NCBI GenBank assembly: GCA_903892305.1
Contig: CAITHQ010000066.1
Location: 688 to 64,687, forward strand
Length of the DNA stretch: 64,000 bases
From: an uncultured Alphaproteobacteria bacterium
GTDB lineage: Bacteria; Pseudomonadota; Alphaproteobacteria; Caulobacterales; Caulobacteraceae
Reading direction: 5' to 3'
Position 1 is the first letter of the stretch. Each line of letters starts with the position of its first letter. Below, piece after piece: positions 17,942 through 26,343 of the stretch. The translations under genes were made by a program, and so were the position numbers. Below the pieces are notes generated by a model. It was not told the origin of the DNA. It saw only the letters and a program-made list of their open reading frames with translations, and ran no database searches.

Positions 17942-18600
17942 TTGGGCGGCGCGGAGCCGGGTGCCACAGCCGGTGCGGTCGGGGCAAAGCTAACGCTCGG
18001 CGCCGACTGAGCCTGGGCCGAAGCCGAGAACATTTCCATGGGCTTGGACCCCTGGTGCGCCATAGCCCAAAGCGAGTTCGGGAACAGCTTGAACTCGAGG
18101 TTATAGTCACGGACCGCTTCGTTATAATCGCGACGGGAAATGGTGATCCGGTTCTCGGTCCCCTCAAGCTGCGACTGCAGGGCCATGAAGTTCTCGTTGG
18201 ACTTCAAGTTCGGATAGCTCTCCTGGATCATCATCAGGCGACCCAGTACGCCCGACAGCTTGTCCTGGGCCTGCGAGTACTGAGCGAACTTGGCCGGATC
18301 GGTGAGGGTCGAAGCGTCGACCTTGACCTGAGTGGCCGAGGCGCGGGCCTCTGTCACTTCAACCAGCACGCCCTTTTCCTGAGCGGCATAGCCCTTGACG
18401 GTCTCCACCAGGTTCGGGATCAGGTCGCTGCGACGCTGATACTGGTTCTGCACCTCGGCCCACTGGGCCTTAGCGCGCTCTTCCTTGGTGGGAATATTAT
18501 TGATGCCACAACCAGCCAGCAGGGCCGGAATCAAGGCGATCATGGCGACGCGCGCGAGGCGCTGACGAAGTTTAGACAAGGCTATGGCTCCCCAAAGCAT
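17938..18600 (-). CDS. LemA family protein (lipoprotein-type signal)
   Basis: LemA core QWAEVQNQYQRRSDLIPNLVETVKGYA ... GTENRITISRRDYN. Lipobox LLAGC. Start set to ATG at 18600; TTG at 18579, preceded by GGGGAG, is an alternative. The ORF-track extension to 18954 overlaps the M28 gene. Confidence 0.85.
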   Translation of the reverse strand: MLWGAIALSKLRQRLARVAMIALIPALLAGCGINNIPTKEERAKAQWAEVQNQYQRRSDLIPNLVETVKGYAAQEKGVLVEVTEARASATQVKVDASTLTDPAKFAQYSQAQDKLSGVLGRLMMIQESYPNLKSNENFMALQSQLEGTENRITISRRDYNEAVRDYNLEFKLFPNSLWAMAHQGSKPMEMFSASAQAQSAPSVSFAPTAPAVAPGSAPPK

Positions 18601-18706
18601 ATGCCGCGACAGCGCGGCTCGCGAATATGTGGCCCCGCACGGTGCCGGGCGCAATGGGGCGGTGTGTTTCCTTGACCTGTATTCTTGTGGCGAGGGCGGA
18701 TGCGTC

Positions 18707-20350
18707 CTACCGCCGCGCTGCCGCCGACACATCCCGCGCTGCCTTGAACTCATTGCCCGGCTTCCATTCCGGCCAGGCCTTGGAGGTCGCGATCTTGCGG
18801 CCGACCACATAGAGCAGGTCGACATCGGCCGCCGCGCCGCGCAGGTCCCAGTCGGGGCTCCAGGCGTCGCAGGCCTTGTGATAGCAGTTGGCGGTATAGT
18901 CATTGACCCACTTGTCCCCGGCGGCGCGACCGCCTGTGACCAGGTCCGGACCACCGCCCAGACCCATCATCAGCAGGGCGGGCACGCCCTTTTTCGCCAG
19001 GGAGAAATGGTCGGCGCGGAAGGCCAAGCCCTTTTCCGGATGGGCGTCGGGGGTGACCGTGCGGCCCTTGGCCTTGGCCGCTGTGATCAGCTCATCGTCC
19101 AGCTGGCTCTGGCCATAGCCCACAAGCACCACGTCTTTGGACGGGCCCGCCGTCTGCAGGACGTCCATGGTCAGGTTGGCGGCCATCTTGGTGAGATCGG
19201 CGGTGGGATTGACCCCGTAGAATTCTGATCCCAGCAGGCCGCGCTCTTCGGCGGTCCAGGCGGCGAAATAGAGGCTACGGTCGGTGCGGGGCGCGGCCTT
19301 GAAGGCCCTGGCGAGTTCCAAGACCCCCGCCACACCGATGGCGTCATCAGCGGCGCCCGCCCGGATGGTTTTGCCGGCAGCATCTGGCGCGCCAATGCCA
19401 TAGGCGTCCCAGTGGGCGGCGAACATGACTGACTCTGCCGGGCGCTTGGCCCCGGTCAGCTTGCCGATGACATTGTGGCTGACCACCTGGCTGTGGGCGA
19501 CGCCAAAGTCAGCGCTGAAGGTGCTCGACAGGGTCACAGGCTGGAAGTCTGCCCGCCGGGCCCTGGCCTTCAGGGTCCCGAAATCTAAGCCGTCCTTGGC
19601 CAGCAGGCGTCGGGCGGCGTCGCCGGAGATCCAGGCCTGGAACTTCAGCCGGGCCTTGTCGGGATCGGCTCGGACAATGTCAAAGCCCTCGCCCCCCGCC
19701 GCCATCACCGTTGACCAGCCATAGCCGGCGCCGGGAGTCTCGTGGATGATCAAAGCCGCCACCGCCCCCCGGCGGATGGCCTCGTCATACTTGTAGGTCC
19801 AGCGGCCGTAATAGGCCTCGGCCTGACCGCCGAACTTGCCCGCCACGGCCTCGCCGGGGGCGGCTTCGAAGTCTGGGTCATTGATCAGGATGACGGCGAC
19901 CTTGCCCTTGAGGTCCACGCCCTTGAAGTCATCCCAGCCCCGCTCGGGTGCCGTGACCCCATAGCCCACAAACACCAGGGGAGCGTTTTCGATGCTCACC
20001 CGATCGACGGGTAGGAGGGAGATACCGGCAATGTCTTGGCCCAGGACCAGGGGCGATTTCCCATCACCAGAAGTCAGGCTGAAGGTGCCCTTGGGGTCCA
20101 CCTGGGTCTTTAGCAGGGGCACGTCCTGCAGGTAGCTACCCTGGGGCCCGGCGGGTTCCAAACCCAATGCTTTGAACTGGGCCACCAGATAGGCGAGGGT
20201 TTTCGCCTCCCCCGCCGATCCCGGGGCCCGGCCCTCGAAGTCATCAGACGCAAGGACCTTGACCGTGGCAGACAGCCGGGCCGGATCGGTGGCGGCGTTA
20301 GCCGCGCTGGCCATCAAGAGGGCGAGGGAGAAAGCAGCCGGGCGAAGCAT
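18707..20350 (-). CDS. secreted M28 family metallopeptidase with PA domain
   Basis: Signal peptide ending ANAA. PA-domain-like insert. M28 metal-ligand region AHWDAYG ... GAADDAIGVAGVLE ... TAEERGLLGS. Confidence 0.85.
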   Translation of the reverse strand: MLRPAAFSLALLMASAANAATDPARLSATVKVLASDDFEGRAPGSAGEAKTLAYLVAQFKALGLEPAGPQGSYLQDVPLLKTQVDPKGTFSLTSGDGKSPLVLGQDIAGISLLPVDRVSIENAPLVFVGYGVTAPERGWDDFKGVDLKGKVAVILINDPDFEAAPGEAVAGKFGGQAEAYYGRWTYKYDEAIRRGAVAALIIHETPGAGYGWSTVMAAGGEGFDIVRADPDKARLKFQAWISGDAARRLLAKDGLDFGTLKARARRADFQPVTLSSTFSADFGVAHSQVVSHNVIGKLTGAKRPAESVMFAAHWDAYGIGAPDAAGKTIRAGAADDAIGVAGVLELARAFKAAPRTDRSLYFAAWTAEERGLLGSEFYGVNPTADLTKMAANLTMDVLQTAGPSKDVVLVGYGQSQLDDELITAAKAKGRTVTPDAHPEKGLAFRADHFSLAKKGVPALLMMGLGGGPDLVTGGRAAGDKWVNDYTANCYHKACDAWSPDWDLRGAAADVDLLYVVGRKIATSKAWPEWKPGNEFKAARDVSAAARR

Positions 20351-20383
20351 GGGGGACTCTCAATCTGTCGTGTCCCCGTCAGC

Positions 20384-20989
20384 CTAGCCCTTCAGAACCT
20401 CTTCCTCCACCTGTCCTAAGCGTTCCTTGCCGAAGAAGATTTCATCGCCCACAAAAAAGGTCGGAATCCCGAAGGTTCCCCGGGCCGCAGCCGCATCGGT
20501 ATTGGCGACTAGCTCGGCCTTCACCTCAGGGTCCTGGGTGCCTTCGAGTATGGCCTTGGCGTCGAGGCCGGCGGCGGTCAGGACGGCGGCGGCGACTTCG
20601 GGATCGTCCATCTTCTGGCCGTCTTCCCACATGGCCTTCAGCACAGCCTCAAGATAGGCCTCGCCCACCCCCTGCCTTTGGGCGGCGATCAGGCCGCGCA
20701 TGATCAGCAGGGTATTGACCGGGAAGTGGGGATTGAAGGCGAACTTGGTCAGGCCGTGCTTTTCCACAAACCGCCGGGTCTCCAGGCTCTCATAGGCCAG
20801 CTTGCCCTTGATATTGCCGAAGGCGAGGTTGGGCGCCTGATTGCCGGTGATCTTGAAAATCCCCCCCAGCAGACAGGGGATCAGATTGATCTTGGCGCCT
20901 GTGCGCGCGGCGATCTCTGGCAAGACCTTCCAGGACAGATAGCCATTGGGGCTGCCAAAATCGAAGATGAAGTCGATGTTGCGCGTCAT
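20384..20989 (-). CDS. 2-hydroxychromene-2-carboxylate isomerase-like DsbA-family protein
   Basis: IDFIFDFGSPNGY N-terminus and C-terminal GTFGIPTFFV. Start moved to ATG at 20989 (GGAGA RBS). Confidence 0.8.
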   Translation of the reverse strand: MTRNIDFIFDFGSPNGYLSWKVLPEIAARTGAKINLIPCLLGGIFKITGNQAPNLAFGNIKGKLAYESLETRRFVEKHGLTKFAFNPHFPVNTLLIMRGLIAAQRQGVGEAYLEAVLKAMWEDGQKMDDPEVAAAVLTAAGLDAKAILEGTQDPEVKAELVANTDAAAARGTFGIPTFFVGDEIFFGKERLGQVEEEVLKG

Positions 20990-21000
20990 GGGGTGTCTCC

Positions 21001-21741
21001 TCACCAGGTCTCTGACCAGGGCCGCAGATCCAACTCATGGGTCCAGGCCGAGCGTTGTTGATTGTGCAGCCATACATAGTTGGCGGCGATTTCCTCGGGT
21101 TTCAGAATGGCGTCTGCCTCTAGCAGGCCTTCTACATCGGTGCGATTGGCCCGGGTGAAGTTGCCGTCAATGGCACCGTCCACCACCACATGGGCCACGT
21201 GAATGCCCTTGGGACCCAGCTCCCGGGACATGCTCTGGGCCACAGCGCGCAAGCCCGCCTTGGCGGCGGCGAAGGCTGCAAAGCCGTCACGCCCGCGGAT
21301 AGAGGCCGTCGCGCCAGTGAAGAGGATGGAGCCCCTACCCCTGGGAGCCATGACCCGGGCCGCCTCCCGCCCGGCCAGGAAGCCGGCGAAACAGGCCATT
21401 TCCCAGACCTTGGTGAAGACCCGCGAGGTGGTCTCGACAATGCCGAACCGGACATTGGCCCCGATGTTGAAGACCACCACCTCAAGGGGGCCGACTTCGG
21501 CTTCAATCCTGTCGAAGAGGGCGATGACCTCGCCTTCCTCCCGGGCGTCGACCCCAAAGGCGTGGGCGGTGCCGCCGGCGGCGCGAATCTCATCGGCCAG
21601 GCTGTCCAGCTGATCAAGATTGCGGGCGCGCCTTGTCATGCAGACGACGTAGCCCTCGGCGGCGAAGGCCTTGGCTATGGCCCCGCCAACCCCTTCGCCC
21701 ACCCCGACCACAAGGCAAGCGCCCTTGGAACCTGAAGTCAT
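21001..21741 (-). CDS. SDR-fold protein with non-canonical active-site positions
   Basis: Rossmann VVGVGEGVGGA. The segment ILFTGATASIRGRDGFAAFAAAKAGL aligns by eye to FabG IINIGSVVGTMGNGGQANYAAAKAGL, giving Ser->Ala and Tyr->Phe. Confidence 0.8.
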   Translation of the reverse strand: MTSGSKGACLVVGVGEGVGGAIAKAFAAEGYVVCMTRRARNLDQLDSLADEIRAAGGTAHAFGVDAREEGEVIALFDRIEAEVGPLEVVVFNIGANVRFGIVETTSRVFTKVWEMACFAGFLAGREAARVMAPRGRGSILFTGATASIRGRDGFAAFAAAKAGLRAVAQSMSRELGPKGIHVAHVVVDGAIDGNFTRANRTDVEGLLEADAILKPEEIAANYVWLHNQQRSAWTHELDLRPWSETW

Positions 21742-21825
21742 ATCTGCCCCGATCTTAGTCTTTTTCTTGACTAGATCAGGTTGGTCTTGAATCCCGCCTC
21801 AGTCAAAATAAGTCTTTGAGACCCC

Positions 21826-23934
21826 CTAAACCGCCAGCACCGCTGCGCCCCCTAGCGCAGGGTCGCTGATGCTGTCGCGGCCGGTTTCGAGGCGGCCGGC
21901 GAGGCGGCGGCGCCAGTCGGGGCGTTCGGGGCTGATGAGGGCGAGGTCGTACCAGCCGCCCAGGCGCGAGAGGGTCCAGGTCTGCGACTTGGTTTCGCCA
22001 GGCGCCAGGCTTGCGCGCCAGGGCTTCACCGCTGCGCCATAATTGGGCGAGGCGGTCACCAGGGACAGGATCTCCGTCGTCGGATTGCTGACCGTTAGGG
22101 TCAGCTTGCCCGCCGCTGAATCATAGGTCGTGACGAGGGCAAGGCCGGACTTTGCGCCGCCTTCGAACCGGCGGTGGAAGCCATTGGGGCCAAGCACCCA
22201 GAGGTCATAACTTGAATCAGTCAAGGCCCAGTCGCCGGTGAGGGACTTGCCCGCCGAGACCGTATAGCGACGAGGGACCGCCGTCAGATTGCGCTTGTCA
22301 TAGACCTGGAAGACTGCCGCCGCATTGCCGGTATTGGTGAAGGTCAGGCGCAGGCCCTCTGCAGCCTGCTGCAGATCAGCGGCCAGTTCGTAGGGAAGGG
22401 CGCGGGAGGGTTTGGTTCCGTGGGCCTGGACCGGCGCGGTGATGGTAAGCGGGGTCGGCGGGCGGGTGGTTTTGGCAAGGGCCTTGGCCTTGGCGGCCGC
22501 CTCCACCGTGGAGGGTAGTTTCGGCGTCTGACCCGCTCGATTAGGGGCCGCGAAGTTGAAGGCCGAAGTCAGGTCGCCGCACACCTCACGCCGCCAGGGG
22601 GTGATGTTGGGCTCTGCAACGCCAAACCTAGCTTCCAAGAAACGGATCACCGAGGTGTGGTCGAAGACCTGGGAATTCACATAGCCGCCCCGGGACCAGG
22701 GGGAGATCACATACATGGGCACCCTCGGGCCCAGGCCATAGGGTCGGCCCATGAGATCGGCCCGCTCAGCACCCACTTCGGGCCGACTGCGGACGCTATG
22801 ATGCTCGCCGGTCAGGTCGACGGTGGATCCACCCAGCAGGACACCGTCTGCCCCGAGGGAGGGAGGGGACGGCGGCGGCATATGGTCGAAGAAGCCGTCA
22901 TTCTCATCGAACATGACCAGCAGAACCGTCTTGGCCCAGACCTTGGGATCGGCGGTCAGGGCGTCGATCACCTGGGCCGTATAGTCCGCCCCTTGCGCGG
23001 GGCTGGAGGGGCCGGGATGCTCTGACGCGGCAGCGGGGGCGATCACGAAGGAGATCTGAGGCAGGTCACCTGCCAGAACGTCGGCCTTCAACTGATCAAG
23101 CTTGTGGGTGGTCATACCCCGGGCGGCAAGGTCGGGGTTGGAGCCGGGAGCACCGGCATGGGCATCGCGGAAGCTTTGGAACCCGGCCAAGGGATTGTCG
23201 GTGAAGTTGTCGGCCATGTCCTGGTAGTTGCGCCAGGTAACCCCTGCGGCCTGCAGCCGCTCTACATAGGTGGTCCAGCGATAGCTGTCGGGGGAACCGC
23301 CTTCCTTGGGGAGTCGGTCGTGGGTATTGGCCATGACCGGCCCGCCCAACTCGCCCGAGGGATTGGTCCCGCCAGTCCAAAGGAAAATCCGGTTGGGATT
23401 GGTCCCGGCCTGGATCGAGCAGTGATAGGCGTCACAGACCGTGAAGGCATCGGCCAGGGCGTACTGGAAGGGGATATCCCCCTGATCGTAATGGCCCATG
23501 GAGTGTTCGGTCTTGAAGGCTGGCCAGCGGTCCATCCGGCCTTCGTTCCAGGCGTCCTGGGCGTTGGGCCAAAGGTGGGGCGTGCCCTCAACCCGCATGT
23601 GGGCAAAGGTCTGACGGGTATTGAGGGCGAAGGGAGCGATCAGGGCTGGGCCCTTAGCCTTTGGGCTATTGGCCTGCACCCAGACCGAGGCCGACTTGCG
23701 CTCACCCACATCAGGAACCGGAATGGGGAAGCGGTCGCCAAAGCCCCGCACCCCGGCCATGGCTCCGAAATAGTGATCGAAGCTGCGGTTCTCCTGCATG
23801 AAGACGACCACATGGGCGACGTCTTTGATCGTGCCTGTGCGCACGTCAGCGTCGATCGCCCTGGCCCGCGCAATGGCCGGAAAAAGGCCTGCGCCTGCGA
23901 GCCCTGCGGTCAATAAGCTTCGTCTGTCGATCAT
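21826..23934 (-). CDS. phosphocholine-preferring (non-haemolytic type) phospholipase C, Tat-exported
   Basis: Twin-arginine signal IDRRSLLTAGLAGAGLFPAIARA. Phosphoesterase motif VVVFMQENRSFDHYFG. About 700 aa with a C-terminal duplicated beta-domain region. Confidence 0.9.
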   Translation of the reverse strand: MIDRRSLLTAGLAGAGLFPAIARARAIDADVRTGTIKDVAHVVVFMQENRSFDHYFGAMAGVRGFGDRFPIPVPDVGERKSASVWVQANSPKAKGPALIAPFALNTRQTFAHMRVEGTPHLWPNAQDAWNEGRMDRWPAFKTEHSMGHYDQGDIPFQYALADAFTVCDAYHCSIQAGTNPNRIFLWTGGTNPSGELGGPVMANTHDRLPKEGGSPDSYRWTTYVERLQAAGVTWRNYQDMADNFTDNPLAGFQSFRDAHAGAPGSNPDLAARGMTTHKLDQLKADVLAGDLPQISFVIAPAAASEHPGPSSPAQGADYTAQVIDALTADPKVWAKTVLLVMFDENDGFFDHMPPPSPPSLGADGVLLGGSTVDLTGEHHSVRSRPEVGAERADLMGRPYGLGPRVPMYVISPWSRGGYVNSQVFDHTSVIRFLEARFGVAEPNITPWRREVCGDLTSAFNFAAPNRAGQTPKLPSTVEAAAKAKALAKTTRPPTPLTITAPVQAHGTKPSRALPYELAADLQQAAEGLRLTFTNTGNAAAVFQVYDKRNLTAVPRRYTVSAGKSLTGDWALTDSSYDLWVLGPNGFHRRFEGGAKSGLALVTTYDSAAGKLTLTVSNPTTEILSLVTASPNYGAAVKPWRASLAPGETKSQTWTLSRLGGWYDLALISPERPDWRRRLAGRLETGRDSISDPALGGAAVLAV

Positions 23935-24006
23935 GAGATCACCCCTGCCCTCTTCAGTTTATCGGCGCAAGATCGCAGGGATATGACAAGCCAAATTCCG
24001 CGCAGA

Positions 24007-25593
24007 TTAAATCTGGCGGGTGCGACCTTCCCAATAGGGAGCACGAACCTTGTTGCGCTGGATCTTACCTGCCTCAGAACGGGGCAGGTCGGTGACGAAG
24101 TCGAGGCTGCGGGGTACCTTGAAGGAGGGCAGGCTGCGGCGACCGAAGTCGAGGATTTCCTGGGCCAGCTGATCTGAGGGCTCATAGCCGGGCTTTAAGA
24201 GAATGACCGCCTTGACCTGCTCGCCCCACTCATCGTGGGGAATGCCCACCGTGGCGCTGTCGGCCACGGCGTCATGCTTGATCAGTTCATTGTCGACTTC
24301 CTGGGGATAGATATTCACCCCGCCGGAAATGATCGTCTCGGCATTGCGGCCGGTGAGGAAGAGGTAGTCGTCCTCATCGAAATAGCCGACATCGCCCATG
24401 GTGAAGAAGCCGTCGACCCGGCTGGCATTGGTCTTGGCCTCGTCCTTGTAATAGGTGAAGCCGCCGCCCGGGGGCAGTTGGTGATAAATACCACCGGCCT
24501 GGCCATTGGGCAGGTCATTGCCACTTTCATCAAGGATGCGGACCTGCAGCAATTGCGGGCGCTTGCCGACGCTGCCGGGCTTTTTCAGCCACTCGTGGGA
24601 GTCGATGGTAAAGCCCGCGCCGCCCTCTGAGCCTGCATAGTACTCGCTGAGCTTGGGGCCAAACCACTCGATCATGGCGTGCTTGACCTCAGGGGGGCAG
24701 GGCGCGGCACCGTGGACGATATAGGTGACATGGTCGACAGGGTGCTTGGCCTTCACCTCGGCGGGCAGGGCCAGAAGACGCTGGAACATGATCGGAACCA
24801 GGTGGAAGTGGGTGACCCGCTTTTCGGCGATGGTGCGCAGGACCAATTCAGAATCCCACTTGTCGATGAAGATAAGGGGCACGCCAGCGCCCAGGGCGGC
24901 ACTGATGTCGAAGGCTAGAGGCGCGGCGTGATAGGCCGGGCCGGCGCACATCTGGACCGAGGTCTGATGGTCATAGCCGCGCAGGGCGTACATGGCCTGG
25001 GGGGTGATGGCGGGGACCGGACGGAAGACCCCTTTCGGGCGGCCCGTAGTGCCCGAGGTGTACATCATCTGATTGCCGAGCGTCGGATCGTCGATATCAG
25101 ACCCGTCCTGGCCGGCTATGGCGTCGTTATAGCTCTCAAAGCCGTCGATCAGCCCACCGACCGCTAGCTTGATTTGGACATCTGGACAGGCGGCCGTCGC
25201 AGTACCCACCGTCGCCACCCGGGCCTCGCCGACCACAATCTTGGCCTCGCAGTCCTGGATAATGTAGGTGATTTCGTCAGTGGTCAGGTGCCAGTTGACG
25301 GGGGTGAAGCGCAGGCCCGCCCGGCGCGAAGCCTGCAGGGCCTCAATGAACTCAACCCGGTTGGAGCAGACCACGGCGATGGAGTCGCCAGCCTTGATCC
25401 CGCGACTGCGGAACAGGCGGACCAGCCGGTTGGCATTGGCATTGACCTTGGCAAAGCTGTGGGCGGTTCCGTCTGGATCATAGACGGCGATCTTTTCGCC
25501 CTGGACCCTGGCCCAGACCGCGCCGGTCATGCCGACCATGCTCGCGGCTTCCAGCTCGTCAAGCAGACTCAGACTGGTGTTCAAATCGCCCAT
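24007..25593 (-). CDS. AMP-dependent acyl-CoA synthetase/ligase
   Basis: AMP-binding motif YTSGTTGRPKGV and C-terminal GKIQR. Start moved to ATG at 25593 (GGGAGGA RBS). Confidence 0.9.
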   Translation of the reverse strand: MGDLNTSLSLLDELEAASMVGMTGAVWARVQGEKIAVYDPDGTAHSFAKVNANANRLVRLFRSRGIKAGDSIAVVCSNRVEFIEALQASRRAGLRFTPVNWHLTTDEITYIIQDCEAKIVVGEARVATVGTATAACPDVQIKLAVGGLIDGFESYNDAIAGQDGSDIDDPTLGNQMMYTSGTTGRPKGVFRPVPAITPQAMYALRGYDHQTSVQMCAGPAYHAAPLAFDISAALGAGVPLIFIDKWDSELVLRTIAEKRVTHFHLVPIMFQRLLALPAEVKAKHPVDHVTYIVHGAAPCPPEVKHAMIEWFGPKLSEYYAGSEGGAGFTIDSHEWLKKPGSVGKRPQLLQVRILDESGNDLPNGQAGGIYHQLPPGGGFTYYKDEAKTNASRVDGFFTMGDVGYFDEDDYLFLTGRNAETIISGGVNIYPQEVDNELIKHDAVADSATVGIPHDEWGEQVKAVILLKPGYEPSDQLAQEILDFGRRSLPSFKVPRSLDFVTDLPRSEAGKIQRNKVRAPYWEGRTRQI

Positions 25594-25749
25594 TTTAAAT
25601 TCCTCCCGACGCTGCCTCATGCTGTGCAGCGTTTGATTTTCAAATCTGAAGAGGAGTCTTCCAAGGGTCAGCGCAGAGCGCAATATGCTCTGCGGCAAAG
25701 GCCCTCGCCTCTCCAAACCTCACCATGACAGGGGCGAAGCGGAACGACA

Positions 25750-25767
25750 ACGGGGCAGTTGCCCCGT
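25750..25767 (-). terminator. short GC stem-loop downstream of the DUF2177 gene
   Basis: CGGGGC agtt GCCCCG plus a flanking A-T pair, 16 nt after the stop at 25783. Followed on the minus strand by TTGTCGTTCCGCTT. Confidence 0.45.
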
Positions 25768-25782
25768 CGGCGGTGTTAGGCG

Positions 25783-26208
25783 TCAGCCGAACCGTTTCGC
25801 AGACAACCGCCAAGCAAAATATCCCAGGGTGCAGCCCGCAGCTGTGACGAAGGTGCCCCAACTGATATCGGCCAAAGTGATGTGGGTGGCCCAGACCTTA
25901 AGCGTCGCCTGATTGGTTAGGTCATAGGTGGCGTAGGCAAAAGCTCCGAGCATGGCACCCTTGCTCGCCGCCATCTTCCAGGACCCGGCCCGTCCAGCAG
26001 GGACCACCGCCATAACCACGAGGCCCAGAATATAGACCACGTAAAAGGCGATGGCCGCCGTGAAGTTGAGCTGGTCGGCCATGATCGGATTGAGGATGGG
26101 GCGATAGAGCCCGCTGGAATGGGTCAGCCAAACCAGGTCGATGGCCGCAAAGCCAAGGCCTGTGCCCAGATAGGTCAGTAGATATTTCAGCACGGGGAGC
26201 TCCAACAA
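25783..26208 (-). CDS. DUF2177 family membrane protein
   Basis: About 140 aa, four hydrophobic helices. N-terminus LKYLLTYLGTGLGFAAIDLVWL matches my recollection of this family. Confidence 0.7.
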   Translation of the reverse strand: MLELPVLKYLLTYLGTGLGFAAIDLVWLTHSSGLYRPILNPIMADQLNFTAAIAFYVVYILGLVVMAVVPAGRAGSWKMAASKGAMLGAFAYATYDLTNQATLKVWATHITLADISWGTFVTAAGCTLGYFAWRLSAKRFG

Positions 26209-26343
26209 GTTTGAGGACAGTCATACCGAGGTTGCAGACAAACGAAAGGATGCACCCGCAATCGCCACAGGCGTCAACTCTGCGCTAGCGCCCAGGGCAG
26301 GACGGCGCCAAACTTGGCGGCATTCAGTTTGGTGGATTAATTC

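Noticed and set aside
16453-18954. Very long N-terminal extensions in the ORF track that overlap upstream genes: 16453-17484, 17938-18954, 46550-48130, 60666-63014, 24007-25716 and 3458-4726.
   Set aside because: In each case an internal start with an RBS, a signal peptide or the family N-terminus begins right after the upstream stop. The extensions are Arg/Pro-rich and overlap confident CDS. I treat them as start-site artefacts, not frameshifts or fusions.
25672-25694. Inverted repeat CGCAGAGC-N7-GCTCTGCG about 80 nt upstream of the acyl-CoA synthetase gene, considered as an operator.
   Set aside because: It is an 8-bp GC-rich repeat in GC-rich DNA with no second copy or known consensus. 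That is too weak to annotate.
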